Shown here in pieces: positions 58,601-59,560 of a stretch of 59,560 bases of DNA. A program made the position numbers and the translations under genes. The stretch comes from Blastocatellia bacterium (lineage in GTDB: Bacteria; Acidobacteriota; Blastocatellia; UBA7656): NCBI GenBank assembly GCA_039648975.1, contig JBBWZK010000201.1, positions 1 through 59,560 of the forward strand, in the 5' to 3' direction. Position 1 is the stretch's first letter, and every line of letters starts with the position of its first letter. The notes under the pieces are model-generated. The model did no database searches. It was not told the origin of the DNA and was given only the letters and a program-made list of their open reading frames with translations.

Positions 58601-59560
58601 ATGCGTCAGCGAACTCAACTTATCGCGCTCGTCGGTTTGTGGGCCGTCATCTATATGGTCAGCGCGCCTTACCCGCCGGCTCTGCTCGACGACGCCGACA
58701 CCGTTCATGCGGAAGCGGCGCGCGAGATGGCCGAATCCAATAACTTCATCACGCTCTACGCCAACAATATTCGCTATCTTGAAAAAGCGCCGCTGATGTA
58801 CTGGATGGTCGCCGTCGCTTACAAGCTGTTGGGCGTCGGCGAATTCGCTACGCGCCTGCCTGTGGCGCTGGGGGCGCTCGCTCTGACGCTGGCGGTTTAT
58901 TTTTTCGGCAAGCATTTCTTCAATGAAAAAGCGGGATTTTATGCGGGCCTCGCCATCGCTTCGTGCGTCGGCATCTTTCTATTCACGCGCGTACTGTGGC
59001 CTGACGTGCTGCTGACCTGCTTCATCACGATGGCGTTTTATTGTTTTTTGCGAGCCGGCGAAGGCGAACGAGTCAGTGCGCGATGGGCTTATGGCATTTA
59101 TGCTTTTGCGGCGCTCGGCGTGTTGACGAAAGGACTGGTTGGCGCAGCCTTTCCGGCAATCATCATCGGCGTATTTCTGCTGGTGACCGGCGAGATTCGC
59201 CGTCTGTTTCAGTATCGCCTGCTTGGCGGCACGCTCCTGTTCCTGCTGATCGCCGCGCCGTGGCACATCGCCGCCGGTTTGCAGAATCCGGGCAGTTTGA
59301 TGACCGGAACGCCAAGCCCGACGCAGGGCCGAGGGTTTTTCTGGTTCTACTTCATGAATGAACATTTCCTGCGCTACATAGGCAAACGCTATCCGGTCGA
59401 TTACGACACGGTTCCGCTCGCCCTGTTTCTCGCGCTACATATGGTCTGGCTCTTTCCGTGGAGCTTCTTTCTGCCGCTCGCAGTGAAAAACGTGATCGAT
59501 ATCTTCAAGCGGAGACGCGGAGACGCGGCGACGCGGGGACACGGCGATATGGAGACACTA
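58601..59560 (+). CDS. ArnT/PMT-family glycosyltransferase, partial (runs off the window end)
   Basis: Translated by hand: MRQRTQLIALVGLW...LLDDADTVHAEAAREM...YLEKAPLMYW...TKGLVG; absent from the ORF track because it has no stop in the window. Confidence 0.9.
   Translation, partial: MRQRTQLIALVGLWAVIYMVSAPYPPALLDDADTVHAEAAREMAESNNFITLYANNIRYLEKAPLMYWMVAVAYKLLGVGEFATRLPVALGALALTLAVYFFGKHFFNEKAGFYAGLAIASCVGIFLFTRVLWPDVLLTCFITMAFYCFLRAGEGERVSARWAYGIYAFAALGVLTKGLVGAAFPAIIIGVFLLVTGEIRRLFQYRLLGGTLLFLLIAAPWHIAAGLQNPGSLMTGTPSPTQGRGFFWFYFMNEHFLRYIGKRYPVDYDTVPLALFLALHMVWLFPWSFFLPLAVKNVIDIFKRRRGDAATRGHGDMETL

Overview
GC-rich (~60% by eye) bacterial chromosomal window, most consistent with Acidobacteriota (Blastocatellia-like), based on the PadR plus orphan-permease cluster, zinc-ribbon membrane proteins and kinase-WD40/FGE genes. 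It opens with the conserved ffh-rpsP-khpA-rimM-trmD-rplS cluster, followed by accessory genes: an S9 peptidase, an AbrB antitoxin with truncated PIN toxin, queC, TPR proteins (one split by an in-frame TAG), a membrane-anchored Roco GTPase, PadR with four tandem ADOP/MacB-like permeases, a DmpR/XylR-type sigma54 activator with a downstream -24/-12 promoter, an AT-rich island (ABC importer with an embedded methyltransferase) next to an EmrB remnant, a large FG-GAP/beta-helix surface protein, glycosyltransferases, a kinase-WD40 gene and two FGE/CLec genes. No tRNA, rRNA, CRISPR array, integrase or transposase was recognised. Strongest unexplained signals: (1) a conserved internal Shine-Dalgarno plus ATG about 88-89 codons into all four permeases, predicting isoforms with and without the N-terminal prefix domain; (2) a three-copy ~146-bp palindromic element with covarying hairpins and fixed-length 22-23 nt unrelated spacers; (3) the AT-rich transporter-methyltransferase operon with an upstream 22-aa ORF; (4) a DGR-like variable region in an FGE gene; (5) about 12 sites of inverted 7-8-mer tandem arrays. 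All family assignments are by motif recognition; no searches were run.
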